DNA from: a virus
Taxonomy: Duplodnaviria; Caudoviricetes
IMG/VR virus record: IMGVR_UViG_3300036859_000369
Location: 1 to 63,656 of that record
Length of the DNA: 63,656 nucleotides
Reading direction: 5' to 3' (one strand)
The position numbers and the translations under genes are program-made. A model generated the notes under the pieces. That model ran no database searches, was not told the origin of the DNA, and worked only from the letters and a program-made list of their open reading frames with translations. Shown here in pieces: positions 28,664 through 37,781 of this stretch (its first letter is position 1; every line of letters begins with the position of its first letter).

Positions 28664-30739
28664 CTAGACCTTGACGCGGGCAGCCTCGCCGGCTCGCTTT
28701 GCCAGGTCCGGATGCTCCGATGCAATCTGACGCTGGGCCTCGCCAATACCGATACCCTTTTCAGCGGCGCGCTTCGTGGCCAGGGCCGTAATCTGTTCCT
28801 GGGGATCAGCGCTCGTCTCGGCGGATGACGTGCCGGCCTCCCCGAACAGGTTCGACGTACGCAACTGCTCGGCCAGCGCTCGCTGCTGGGCGACATAGCC
28901 AGTGAAGAGCTCGTGGTCCTCGCCCACCGTGGATGACAGGTGTTCCAGGTGCGCAACATGGGCGGCCGGCTCACCGAACCAACGCGGCCCGCCGCTTTCA
29001 GCCTTGCCGGTTACTTCCTCAGTAAACCGCTTGCGCCGGGCATCGCGCTCCATGGTCTGGACGCGCTCAGCCAGTTGTGTCGCCTGTGTGGCGGACTGCT
29101 CGGCCGTCGCCTTGCTGGCTTCAAGCTCGGCCGCGATCCGCTTGTTTTCGGATTCCAGCTCGCTCATGCGCCGCGACTGTTCCTCAGTCATCGCAACCGG
29201 GGTGCTCTCCGGCTTCGGGTTGGGACTGGCCATCGGACTCGCCTCCTCTGTGCTGTGTGGCGCATCTTCCGATGCCGCCAGGGATCGCAGCGCCGCTGGC
29301 TTGAAAAACGGGCGCGTGGTCAACGCTGCGCCCATCAAGATGTTTTCATGCGTCTCACCGTTGATCGGGTCTCGCCATTCGTCATACCAGGCCGGACTGA
29401 TGTAGAAGAACCGATCATCGCGCAAGGCGTCGGCCCCGCGCTCGTTCCATTCCACAACCGCGTCAACCGACCCGTCCGTATTCGTTACGAGATCCGTAAT
29501 CCACCCGGCTGCCCCACCCAGCAACGTCTCGTGCTCCAGGTCAATTGGCAGCCGGTCCTGGTACACGTGGTCCTGGAAATTCTGCACGAACGACGCGATC
29601 CGATCCGGGCTCATATCGATCTTGCCGTAAGCCGGATGCGCGTACGACCCCGGGACCGGCAAGATCGGAATGGTCGCCGGCGGTTCTATGTACTGCCGTT
29701 CAGACATCACGAGCGGCATGTCTCGGTACGGCACACCCCGGAGCGCGAACGTCTCGCGACCAGCCTCGTCCCGGCTGGACGATACCGTCAGGTTGTCCAG
29801 TGGGACCGTCACATCCGGTAGCGCCACTGTCATGGCGCGCCCCGGTTCAACGTAGGCGAGTGTCACGTGCGGGGTAAACGCATGATCGGATCGCGGCGAC
29901 AGGCCGGCTTCATACAGGGCCATGCACAGGCGCCAGCGAAAATCCTGGAGTCCTCCACAGTCCACGACCGCATAGATGACGTCCTTACCGTCGCTGCCAT
30001 GCTCCGCGCTAAACCGACTCACGCCACACAGGCGCAGCTCGATCGGCTGCACCGTCAGTGCGAACGCCTGTACCGCGATCCGTAGCCGCTCAGTGGCATC
30101 GCCCGGCAACTCGTCTGACTTGCCGAGATAGGCGAGTGTCAGGTGCAAGTCGCCGGGCAGCTCGCCTCCGGGAATGGCGATCTCGTTTGCCACATCGGAC
30201 GGCAGCCAGAATCCGACCCACAGGCTATCGCCTTCGGCTGCCGTGAATGCTTCGGCGGTTACGCGGTTGCGGGCTTTCGCCACGCCGCCTGCATAGCCGG
30301 CCGCCGCTCTGATGATCGCTTTGAGATCCGCATCCGACAAGTCGCCGTCCTTGATCTTGGACTTGATCAGGTCGCGCAGTTTGCCCAGATAGTCGGCATT
30401 CGGCTCGGCCAGGTACTCCGGCTTGATGGCCTGCATCGCCAGTCGTTGCGCCAGATCCGTCACACCATCCGCGCGTTGATCATCCGGCCAGCCGATCTCG
30501 TCCAGGCACAAGTCCGCGATATCCTGGGTCGTCACGCCTTCCAACATGGTCGGCATGGATTCGGTGCCCATGACGACGCCATTGGCCTGCGCGAATGCGG
30601 CCGACTCGGCATCCTTGTCGGACTTGCCGTCCTTTTTGGCTCGTGCATATGCCGAATTCCACACAGCAACCCATTTGCGCTGGTCCTTTTTGTCCAGCTT
30701 CTTGACGGCATCGGGCACCGTGGCTAATGTGTACGGCAT
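28664..30739 (-). CDS. Fusion: ChaB-like + 2H phosphoesterase + Mu-like prohead protease + scaffold
   Basis: PDAVKKL..QRKWVAVWNSAY..AFAQAN; HLTL and HVTL; PIDLEH..AAGWI..VEWNERG..YISP..ALTTRPF; coiled-coil tail. Confidence 0.85.
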   Translation of the reverse strand: MPYTLATVPDAVKKLDKKDQRKWVAVWNSAYARAKKDGKSDKDAESAAFAQANGVVMGTESMPTMLEGVTTQDIADLCLDEIGWPDDQRADGVTDLAQRLAMQAIKPEYLAEPNADYLGKLRDLIKSKIKDGDLSDADLKAIIRAAAGYAGGVAKARNRVTAEAFTAAEGDSLWVGFWLPSDVANEIAIPGGELPGDLHLTLAYLGKSDELPGDATERLRIAVQAFALTVQPIELRLCGVSRFSAEHGSDGKDVIYAVVDCGGLQDFRWRLCMALYEAGLSPRSDHAFTPHVTLAYVEPGRAMTVALPDVTVPLDNLTVSSSRDEAGRETFALRGVPYRDMPLVMSERQYIEPPATIPILPVPGSYAHPAYGKIDMSPDRIASFVQNFQDHVYQDRLPIDLEHETLLGGAAGWITDLVTNTDGSVDAVVEWNERGADALRDDRFFYISPAWYDEWRDPINGETHENILMGAALTTRPFFKPAALRSLAASEDAPHSTEEASPMASPNPKPESTPVAMTEEQSRRMSELESENKRIAAELEASKATAEQSATQATQLAERVQTMERDARRKRFTEEVTGKAESGGPRWFGEPAAHVAHLEHLSSTVGEDHELFTGYVAQQRALAEQLRTSNLFGEAGTSSAETSADPQEQITALATKRAAEKGIGIGEAQRQIASEHPDLAKRAGEAARVKV

Positions 30740-30753
30740 CTGCTCGCCTATGC

Positions 30754-30791
30754 AAAAGGGCGGCCCCGGTGCACGTGCACCGGGGCCGCCC
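30754..30791 (-). terminator. Intrinsic terminator in the leader of the protease/capsid operon
   Basis: Perfect 34-bp palindrome 30758-30791 followed by TTTT on the minus strand. Confidence 0.7.
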
Positions 30792-30976
30792 TGCGTTCCT
30801 CGGACGGGAGAGCGTATAAGGGTGGGCCGGTTGGCGAACCTACTCGGGCAACGGGTCCGCGCGTCCCGTACGGTCCTTTTCACATTCGCCAACGAGCCCA
30901 GGAAAGCGGATTGGCGGTGTCCCAAGATATAAGGCCGGCGCCGGCCCCTTGTTCGACCACCGTTCCGCTATCAGTC

Positions 30977-31006
30977 AGTGTACTCTAGTTCTCTCCAGGT
31001 TGTCAA
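30977..31006 (-). promoter_or_regulatory. Putative promoter upstream of the head operon leader
   Basis: TTGACA-18-TACACT. Confidence 0.5.
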
Positions 31007-31053
31007 AGCGTCGGTATCGGTCACAAACAATGGAACCTCTTCTGTTCTCCGTG

Positions 31054-31233
31054 TCATTTCGGAATGACGCCATTTGATGCTACCTGTATGGACATCTTGA
31101 CTTGCTTGACCTGACCGGCCGCGTCAAGTTGTACGGTGAACTGCACCGACCCGCCGGCCGACTGATCGATCAGTGTTCGACGCGCTGCGATCTCCTGGGC
31201 TATTCGGTCTGACAATCGGTCGGCTATGTTCAT
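31054..31233 (-). CDS. Small hypothetical protein
   Basis: MNIADRLSDRIAQEI...; ends in a GTCATT palindrome. Confidence 0.5.
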   Translation of the reverse strand: MNIADRLSDRIAQEIAARRTLIDQSAGGSVQFTVQLDAAGQVKQVKMSIQVASNGVIPK

Positions 31234-31274
31234 GGTCCACGCCTTGCTGTAGAATTGTCTCGGAGGTATCGACC

Positions 31275-31652
31275 ATGCCCGATCAGCGAAAGCCATCCGA
31301 GACCGACCACGCCCCCGTCACGCGCACTGCGCACCAGTCCGACAAGGACGCAGAACCGGACAACCCGGCCGACAATCCCGACCATCCCGTGCAGCCAGCC
31401 GGCCAGGCAACCTCGCCCGCGTCGGATGCCGACGCGAAAGAGCATCAGCGGACCGGTGAGCCCGGTGTGGACCCCAACGAGAGCGGCGACGACGCAAGCG
31501 ACACTCAGCGGATAGCGTTGACCTTGCCCCGTTCGACCGTCGATCGCATTCGCGCACACGCTGACGCCAACGGCATGAACCAGTCCGACGCCGCTGCCGA
31601 CTTGCTCAAAGCGCCGGCTGGTGGTGGTCCCGGCTTCCACCAGAACTACTGA
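31275..31652 (+). CDS. Ribbon-helix-helix DNA-binding protein with an acidic disordered N-terminus
   Basis: GGAGG RBS; QRIALTLPRSTVDRIRAHADANGMNQSDAAADLL. Confidence 0.7.
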   Translation: MPDQRKPSETDHAPVTRTAHQSDKDAEPDNPADNPDHPVQPAGQATSPASDADAKEHQRTGEPGVDPNESGDDASDTQRIALTLPRSTVDRIRAHADANGMNQSDAAADLLKAPAGGGPGFHQNY

Positions 31653-31815
31653 TCGGAACGCGCGTTCAGCCGGTGGCATGCATGCCACCGGCTTTTCTGT
31701 GTTCATCACATCGTCAACCGAAACCAGAAACACCGCAGCAGATCCCGCCACCGATCATGCACCCATCCATCGCTCGCGCCGGAACGGTGCATGTGCCCTC
31801 CACAGCATGCACAGG

Positions 31816-32433
31816 TCATGCAGCATCCTTCCGGTTGCCGCGCATCTCCAGTGTGCATCGGCACCGCGACAGGCATTGACGCGCACCGATCGGCACCATG
31901 TCGTCGGGGTCGACCCAACCTCTCGCCGTAATCCCCTTACACTGCTCGCAGCTCTCCTGTGCATGCAGGATGTTGCGAACCTGCGTGATGCCCCGTCGTT
32001 TGCCCTCGCGCAATCGGATCATTTCGTATGTCGTTCGACCGGCTTCGGCATACATCGCAACCCGTACATCAATCCGGCCGTTCAGCGCTTGCTTACCACT
32101 GATGATATCGGTCAGGAATCCACGCATATACTGGTACTGCTCTTTGATCAGATGTCCGGTGTACCCGTATCGTTCGGGTGTCATGGCGTTCTTGCCGCCA
32201 TAGGCTGCTAACGCCGATGCGATGTGGACGTCCTTGATAACACGGAACATGCCATCTCGGAATGCGTCGATACCGATCTTCCCCTCTCGGAGATCCTGGG
32301 CTAGACTGACCGCGCGTGCCGATGCCGCGTTGACGGTTGCGTCTACGCCGTCACGGACGCTCGCTTCCGGCACAAACCGGCCGCGCCCATCACGGAAACG
32401 GCCGGCCGACTCTGACCAGGAAAAATCAGCCAC
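31816..32433 (-). CDS. Minor head protein (Mu gpF / SPP1 gp7-like)
   Basis: RFRDGRGRFV N-terminus; SCEQC...CLSRCRC C-terminus. Confidence 0.75.
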   Translation of the reverse strand: MADFSWSESAGRFRDGRGRFVPEASVRDGVDATVNAASARAVSLAQDLREGKIGIDAFRDGMFRVIKDVHIASALAAYGGKNAMTPERYGYTGHLIKEQYQYMRGFLTDIISGKQALNGRIDVRVAMYAEAGRTTYEMIRLREGKRRGITQVRNILHAQESCEQCKGITARGWVDPDDMVPIGARQCLSRCRCTLEMRGNRKDAA

Positions 32434-32460
32434 GATCGTCCATCATCATTTCATAATGAC

Positions 32461-32871
32461 TCATGCGCTCACTGCCACCGTGCCGGCCTGTTCTATCAGT
32501 CGGTACGCCTGCGTTTTCCCACGACAGACCGGAGCCGACCAGGGTGCATCCCGGACCGCAGGCACATACCCCAGAACGCGCAGACGATGGATCATCATGC
32601 GGATCGCATGCGTCTCGGCCGCATCATCATACCCGTAGACCCAGATAGCGAGATCAGATATCGTCATCCACCAGCCGGTGTTGCCCCGGAGTATCGCTAA
32701 CACCTGGTGAGCGCGCGGAATCATCCGTGGCTTTGTGATGCGTCTCGATAGACCCCAACACCTGATAGAACAGAATCGCGTACGCTTGCACGGTTTCAGT
32801 TGCACCCGCGTCAATGGTGTGCTGCACTGCGCGCAGTCGCGCGGTACACGTGCGATCCAACGGTTTGCCAT
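32461..32871 (-). CDS. Zinc finger + winged-HTH regulator
   Basis: CAQC..FCSIRC; DLAIWVYG...IRMMIHRLR. Confidence 0.6.
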   Translation of the reverse strand: MANRWIARVPRDCAQCSTPLTRVQLKPCKRTRFCSIRCWGLSRRITKPRMIPRAHQVLAILRGNTGWWMTISDLAIWVYGYDDAAETHAIRMMIHRLRVLGYVPAVRDAPWSAPVCRGKTQAYRLIEQAGTVAVSA

Positions 32872-32897
32872 CGGTCTACCCCTGCCATGGTTCCAAC

Positions 32898-33479
32898 CTA
32901 CGGCCGGCAACACGCCGGACACTGTCCGTTGCACAGGCCAACGTTCATACAATCGTGAGGATCACTCACCTGTTCGCCGCAATCCGCACAACGGTACCGT
33001 TCAATATCAACATAGTCACCACCGTCTACCCGTGATGACGGACGCCTGCCGGATGACGGTTTCGGCACGCCCAATACCCTCGAAACACCCTCACGAAAGT
33101 CAGATGCCGTGGGTTTATCCTTCCCAGATCTGACTTCAGCAGCCGTTTTCCGCAACACTGCCGGATTATGCTTCAGTGGTGACAAGGCGCGTGCGTGGGA
33201 CTCTTTGAGGGGTGATGGTATAGCCGGTGTAGATGCGTCCGGTAGCATGAGAATAGCGTTTATCTTCGCTCCTTCGAGCAGTTGGTAGGCTCGCACCCGA
33301 GTGATTCCTAATTCTTTCTGCATGCACGCATGGAAAGAATCATACCCGAGAGCCTTCCACCCCTCACGGTCATGCAATGCAAGAACCAGGGCCGCAATTT
33401 CTTCGGCATCTTTCATCACGGTATCAATCGCCTTACGCGCCTCTTCCATGGTCATCAGAACTGTTACTATCGCTGACAT
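32898..33479 (-). CDS. Hypothetical DNA-associated protein
   Basis: WKALGYDSF....ELGI...RAYQL...ESHARAL; GGAGGG RBS. Confidence 0.65.
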   Translation of the reverse strand: MSAIVTVLMTMEEARKAIDTVMKDAEEIAALVLALHDREGWKALGYDSFHACMQKELGITRVRAYQLLEGAKINAILMLPDASTPAIPSPLKESHARALSPLKHNPAVLRKTAAEVRSGKDKPTASDFREGVSRVLGVPKPSSGRRPSSRVDGGDYVDIERYRCADCGEQVSDPHDCMNVGLCNGQCPACCRP

Positions 33480-33584
33480 GACCGCCCTCCAGTGTAGCAA
33501 TTTTATACACCTATAACGGTGCCTGTCAATCTGGTAGGGGCGCATCCGTCATGTAGCAAATTTTGACACATAGCGCAGCAGCAA

Positions 33585-33848
33585 TCAACCGCCTTGCACC
33601 CGGGCATCCAGTAATCCGTCTAATCCGGTTTCGGCATCCTTCTGCGCATCATCCCACGTCTTGACAGCTGCCGCGATGTCGTCGTCGGTGATTTCGGACA
33701 GCCCGTCCAGCGCGCTCACCGGTGGAACCGTACGGGCCGCAAACAGGCGAGACAGCCTGTTGACCGCCTTCTGGAGTGCGATGCCCCTCACGTCGTCCTC
33801 AGACGCCCTGGGAAGCTGTTCTGGTTGCTTGCGTCGACGGATTCTCAT
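33585..33848 (-). CDS. Hypothetical protein
   Basis: ATGA-coupled chain downstream of the portal gene. Confidence 0.55.
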   Translation of the reverse strand: MRIRRRKQPEQLPRASEDDVRGIALQKAVNRLSRLFAARTVPPVSALDGLSEITDDDIAAAVKTWDDAQKDAETGLDGLLDARVQGG

Positions 33849-34021
33849 GGCGTCGGGTCCGGATCAACGTCAAGATCGAAAACCTCGATGTCGTAGCTCA
33901 GTCCGTCCTCGTCGCTGTTGTAGTAGATCCAGGCGCCCACCTTTGTTTTGTCGGTATACACAGCGACCGTATCCCCCTTGACACCATCGTAGTAGGCCAC
34001 CAGCGCATACACCTGTGTCAT
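33845..34021 (-). CDS. Hypothetical protein
   Basis: ATGA-coupled. Confidence 0.5.
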   Translation of the reverse strand: MTQVYALVAYYDGVKGDTVAVYTDKTKVGAWIYYNSDEDGLSYDIEVFDLDVDPDPTP

Positions 34022-34257
34022 GGGACGACCTTGCACGCGGTATCCTCGCACGCTTTCACGTCGATATAGGTCACACTCTTGTCGGTTGACGTGATGTTCC
34101 AGCCGGTCGCCCCGACCGGTGTTGCCGCCCACTTGAACGCCTGTGCGCCTCGGAGCCAGACGTTCATCATGTTGCGCGCTCGCGCCCGGGTCGGATAGAC
34201 GCACAACGCGGCATCGTCAGGGGACAGTGACTCGTTCACCGCGTGCCAATGTGTCAT
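34018..34257 (-). CDS. Hypothetical protein
   Basis: ATGA-coupled. Confidence 0.5.
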   Translation of the reverse strand: MTHWHAVNESLSPDDAALCVYPTRARARNMMNVWLRGAQAFKWAATPVGATGWNITSTDKSVTYIDVKACEDTACKVVP

Positions 34258-34577
34258 GGCGCCCTCCCGCGTTTCGCCGCGCGCTCATTCCATTTCAACG
34301 TACCAACGCGATCCCGCTCTCTCATCTCGATGTCGGCATAGTTGCCGAGTTTCACGGCGCGGATGCTGTAGCGCGCACGTGTCCCGTGTGGCAGTCGTCT
34401 CCGTGGGACCACGCGCCTGATATCTCGCACCCAGTAGACCGTACCCCCGCCGTTACCGCGTGTGGTCAGTGTGCGCAGGTATCGGATAGGCCGCATCGGG
34501 TCGTCGGGCAATGCATCATCCGATCGCCAGTCATACGGACTGATCGTCACGACATCACCCACGGCTGCGCGTTTCAT
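34254..34577 (-). CDS. Hypothetical protein
   Basis: ATGA-coupled to the portal gene. Confidence 0.5.
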   Translation of the reverse strand: MKRAAVGDVVTISPYDWRSDDALPDDPMRPIRYLRTLTTRGNGGGTVYWVRDIRRVVPRRRLPHGTRARYSIRAVKLGNYADIEMRERDRVGTLKWNERAAKRGRAP

Positions 34578-37042
34578 GGCGCCGTCACGTCCTCTAGTGG
34601 GGGCAGCTCCATCGTCTCACGGATGGCGTTCTCTAGTCCGTTATCCGGGGTCAAGCCGCCGGCCGTTAGCAGTTTGGATACCGAGTCCGAAAATTCCCGG
34701 ACGTCCTTGCTACTGATGTCCTCATGGGCGAGGGTCGGATTGAGATCCGGCGCCATGCCATTCAGACGGATCAATCGGGGGATACCGTGTGTATTGACCA
34801 CGTCGCAGATCCCGTCAACCCAGGCTCCGAGTGCCACGGCAAACAGATCGGTTTTATCCGAGCTCAATGCCCATGACCCATGCTGTTGCGCGCCCAACAG
34901 CATAAAATCAGCCAGCACAGACATCAACATCCGCTGGTCGTACCGCGTGATGATCGCGCCGGTATCAAACTGACGCGTTCCGCCGGTTGAAAGCAGGGTC
35001 ACGTCAAACAGCTTGTTGCCATTGGCATCATACGCCTGTGGCATGACCGCGCCCTCCCACTCATCCCGGCGCATCGCGGTCACCATCTTTTTGGCGTATT
35101 CGTAGACGGCCGTCTGCCCGGCTGTTGCGGTTGAGGCGTCCATGTAGGACGGGGGTAGCCAGGCAACCGGATAGCCGACAAGGTCACGTTCGACACCGAT
35201 CGCCTCGATGTTCTCAATTCTGGACTTATACCGCCAGGGTCGGTACGCCGTTCTCAGAATCGAAAGTCCCTCCGGGTTACCTCGGTTGCTCTCTGTCCGG
35301 AACAGCAACGCCTTTTCAATCGGGATAATCCTGGTTGTGTAGTCAGGTGGGGCACTCTGAACAAACGCCTGTGTCCCGCCGTTTTCGTCAAACTGCCATT
35401 CCCAGAGCGTATCTTGTGAGCGGATCGGCCATTTCCGCCAGCCAATCCGTCCATCCGTGAATCTCGACCGGTGCGACGGATCGCGGCTGTCGCCATCCCG
35501 GATCTTGTAGACGGTCTCGTGATACGAATTCGAGACGACCACCGGCCCGGCGCAGAACGTGTGATCCTGCTCTATTTCCAGATCATAGACCGTGCCCGTA
35601 TACTCCTCGTGATCCACACTCTGGATAACGTGCTCGACTGCACCGTCACGCACATGGCACTGCAACCCATGTGGTGAAACACTTCGCTCCCGGAATAGCC
35701 ATGACCGTACGGCCGCAATGGTCACGCCGTACTTTTCGGCGATCATACGCCACGGCTTACCGTCTGCCCGCATAGACCGTGCATCATCTCGCTGCTCCTG
35801 CGAAACCCTCAGCGGGTGCGTAACAAATCGCTCCGGCACTGCCCCTACTTGCCAGTAACTCGGCCCGGTGATCTCTCGCCCCTTCAGCACTGACGTATAA
35901 CCACCCTTACGCCATACAAGCGGAGACGGGTACCCCAGCGCGCCCCCTATCAACTGCATCTGGTGAGCCAGGGTACGACTGACTGTTGCCGCCGACGCAA
36001 CCCGATAATCTCGGCCGGCGCGTGTAATCGTCGCCTCATGACCGTCGCCCCAGATCCACCCTTCCCAGATCCCCCGTGCAAATTCTGACGAATCCGGCAT
36101 TTTCCGTAAGTGCTTATTCGTCGCACGATCGCCGCCCACCCATTCCTCGATCATCTGACGGATGTGAGGGCTGGAGACGGTCACCGACCCTCCGTTAGGC
36201 TTTCGTATCGCCGTCCGTGCACGGGGGGTTTCCCCATATCGGTTGATGAGTTGATTGGCCTCGGAGAATCGGTCAATCTCAGCGGCCAAGATGTCCAGCT
36301 CCTTACGATGCACGGCAAAATGAACCAGGTGGCGTTTATCCTTCGGGAGATGCCCCTCGGCAAGGTACACCCCCACGATCCACCCGGCATCGTAGTCCCC
36401 ATCCGGTAGCATTTTGGGCCGTGGGCGCAACAATGTGTCTCCCACCGACAGATCCCCTGCCTGTTTCCACCCGTCCAACGTCGGAACACGATGCTCCGGT
36501 GTCATACGAACAGGATGCGGATAGCCTCGCATTTTTAGTGTGACCATCGAACCGGCATGTCGTCTTGTAAATACATGGGACACACGTCGCGCTCGCCCCC
36601 TGCCAGTCAGAACCAGGTCGCCAACGGAGATGTCTGCTATTGGCCTCGGTTCGCCGTTCCCCATAAGCACCAACTGGTCTGGGGGCAAGCAGTATCCGTA
36701 CCATAGAAACGACACGATGTCCGATATCGTTTCTTTCCAGGACATGGACATATCATGGAACATCGCGCCGTCGATAAACTCGGCTATCTCTAGCGCTGCG
36801 TTGTCCTGAGATGCGGGATCGATGCGGAATTTCATCTGTCGAATGAGCATTTTGAATGCAAAGGTCAGTGCGCCAATCACCGGATCATTCTGCGTCATTT
36901 GTTTGATAACGTTGATCTTATTGCGACCACGTAATTCCGGGAGCTGCTCGTCGTCAACCTGGCCGGCCGACCGGACGATACCGGTCACGCCGATCTCTTC
37001 TAACGGCGCGGTTGTGTGTCGGCCGGTCCCGTTGACAACCAT
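34574..37042 (-). CDS. Portal protein (Mu gp29-like) containing an intein
   Basis: GNPEGLSILRTAYRPW.YK...EAIGVER; IITRYDQRM...GSWALS; follows the terminase gene. Confidence 0.9.
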   Translation of the reverse strand: MVVNGTGRHTTAPLEEIGVTGIVRSAGQVDDEQLPELRGRNKINVIKQMTQNDPVIGALTFAFKMLIRQMKFRIDPASQDNAALEIAEFIDGAMFHDMSMSWKETISDIVSFLWYGYCLPPDQLVLMGNGEPRPIADISVGDLVLTGRGRARRVSHVFTRRHAGSMVTLKMRGYPHPVRMTPEHRVPTLDGWKQAGDLSVGDTLLRPRPKMLPDGDYDAGWIVGVYLAEGHLPKDKRHLVHFAVHRKELDILAAEIDRFSEANQLINRYGETPRARTAIRKPNGGSVTVSSPHIRQMIEEWVGGDRATNKHLRKMPDSSEFARGIWEGWIWGDGHEATITRAGRDYRVASAATVSRTLAHQMQLIGGALGYPSPLVWRKGGYTSVLKGREITGPSYWQVGAVPERFVTHPLRVSQEQRDDARSMRADGKPWRMIAEKYGVTIAAVRSWLFRERSVSPHGLQCHVRDGAVEHVIQSVDHEEYTGTVYDLEIEQDHTFCAGPVVVSNSYHETVYKIRDGDSRDPSHRSRFTDGRIGWRKWPIRSQDTLWEWQFDENGGTQAFVQSAPPDYTTRIIPIEKALLFRTESNRGNPEGLSILRTAYRPWRYKSRIENIEAIGVERDLVGYPVAWLPPSYMDASTATAGQTAVYEYAKKMVTAMRRDEWEGAVMPQAYDANGNKLFDVTLLSTGGTRQFDTGAIITRYDQRMLMSVLADFMLLGAQQHGSWALSSDKTDLFAVALGAWVDGICDVVNTHGIPRLIRLNGMAPDLNPTLAHEDISSKDVREFSDSVSKLLTAGGLTPDNGLENAIRETMELPPLEDVTAP
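35528..36691 (-). mobile_element. Intein (388 aa) with LAGLIDADG homing endonuclease, in the portal
   Basis: N-splice Y|CLPPDQLV, block B TPEHRV, GVYLAEG / EGWIWGDG, VYDLEIEQDHTF...VVSN|S. Confidence 0.92.
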
Positions 37043-37089
37043 GGTGCTACCCCTGTGTCCGGAATGTCATCAGTATACCACGAACCGAT

Positions 37090-37563
37090 TTACTCATCTG
37101 ACCAGTACCATGACGTTACCCGTAAAATAGACTGTCCGGGGCGAAATACAACGAGCACTGACGGAAATGGTGCCGGGGCTCCAGCCCCCACGTACACAAC
37201 CCGGCGCGATATAAACCGTATCTCGTGCGCACGCATAACGAAATCGTGCCACCATCGCGTATCTGTCCTCGCTGGCAGCAGACAGACGACCGTTGCGCCT
37301 GACTGTGCCTGTCGGTACGCTTTGGCAACCCAACGCCAGATCGTTGCGCCAAACGGCGGATTCATCCAACATATACCACGCCAACACACGCCACTCGATA
37401 AACTGTCGTTGTCCTCTCCTAAAAACTCCCTGACCTTCCTGTTGGAAGCATTGGCACACACATCCAAAGTGAATTGGAATTCATCATTGATGGATTCAAA
37501 CAGCGCAGCCGGCGTTTCCCAGTCTGCTTTCTTTGACATGAACAGCACATTCGTTGTCGGCAT
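37090..37563 (-). CDS. Phage DNA N6-adenine methyltransferase (Dam-like)
   Basis: WETP..LF...FTLDVCA...WMNPPF...LPARTDTRWW. Confidence 0.9.
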   Translation of the reverse strand: MPTTNVLFMSKKADWETPAALFESINDEFQFTLDVCANASNRKVREFLGEDNDSLSSGVCWRGICWMNPPFGATIWRWVAKAYRQAQSGATVVCLLPARTDTRWWHDFVMRAHEIRFISRRVVYVGAGAPAPFPSVLVVFRPGQSILRVTSWYWSDE

Positions 37564-37781
37564 GCTCCTCATCCTGCACCACGACGAATATCACGGGCCA
37601 TTCGGTCAACCCGTGCCGTTCCATCAACCATGCTCGATGTGATCGCAAGTCCGCCGTACTATCGGGATACGGCTGCGTCTCACACCGGCGGATCATCGCG
37701 TCTAACTGCGCCACCAGTACCTCCGGTGGTGTCGGTCCCTCGGTCAGCACACCCCGTCGTCTCGTCATTCTGAAATGACCC

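Noticed and set aside
33493-33565. Possible promoter (TTGACA-16-TATAAA) with two TGTAGCAA(A)TTTT repeats
   Set aside because: Only two short copies and a non-ideal spacer; too weak to call
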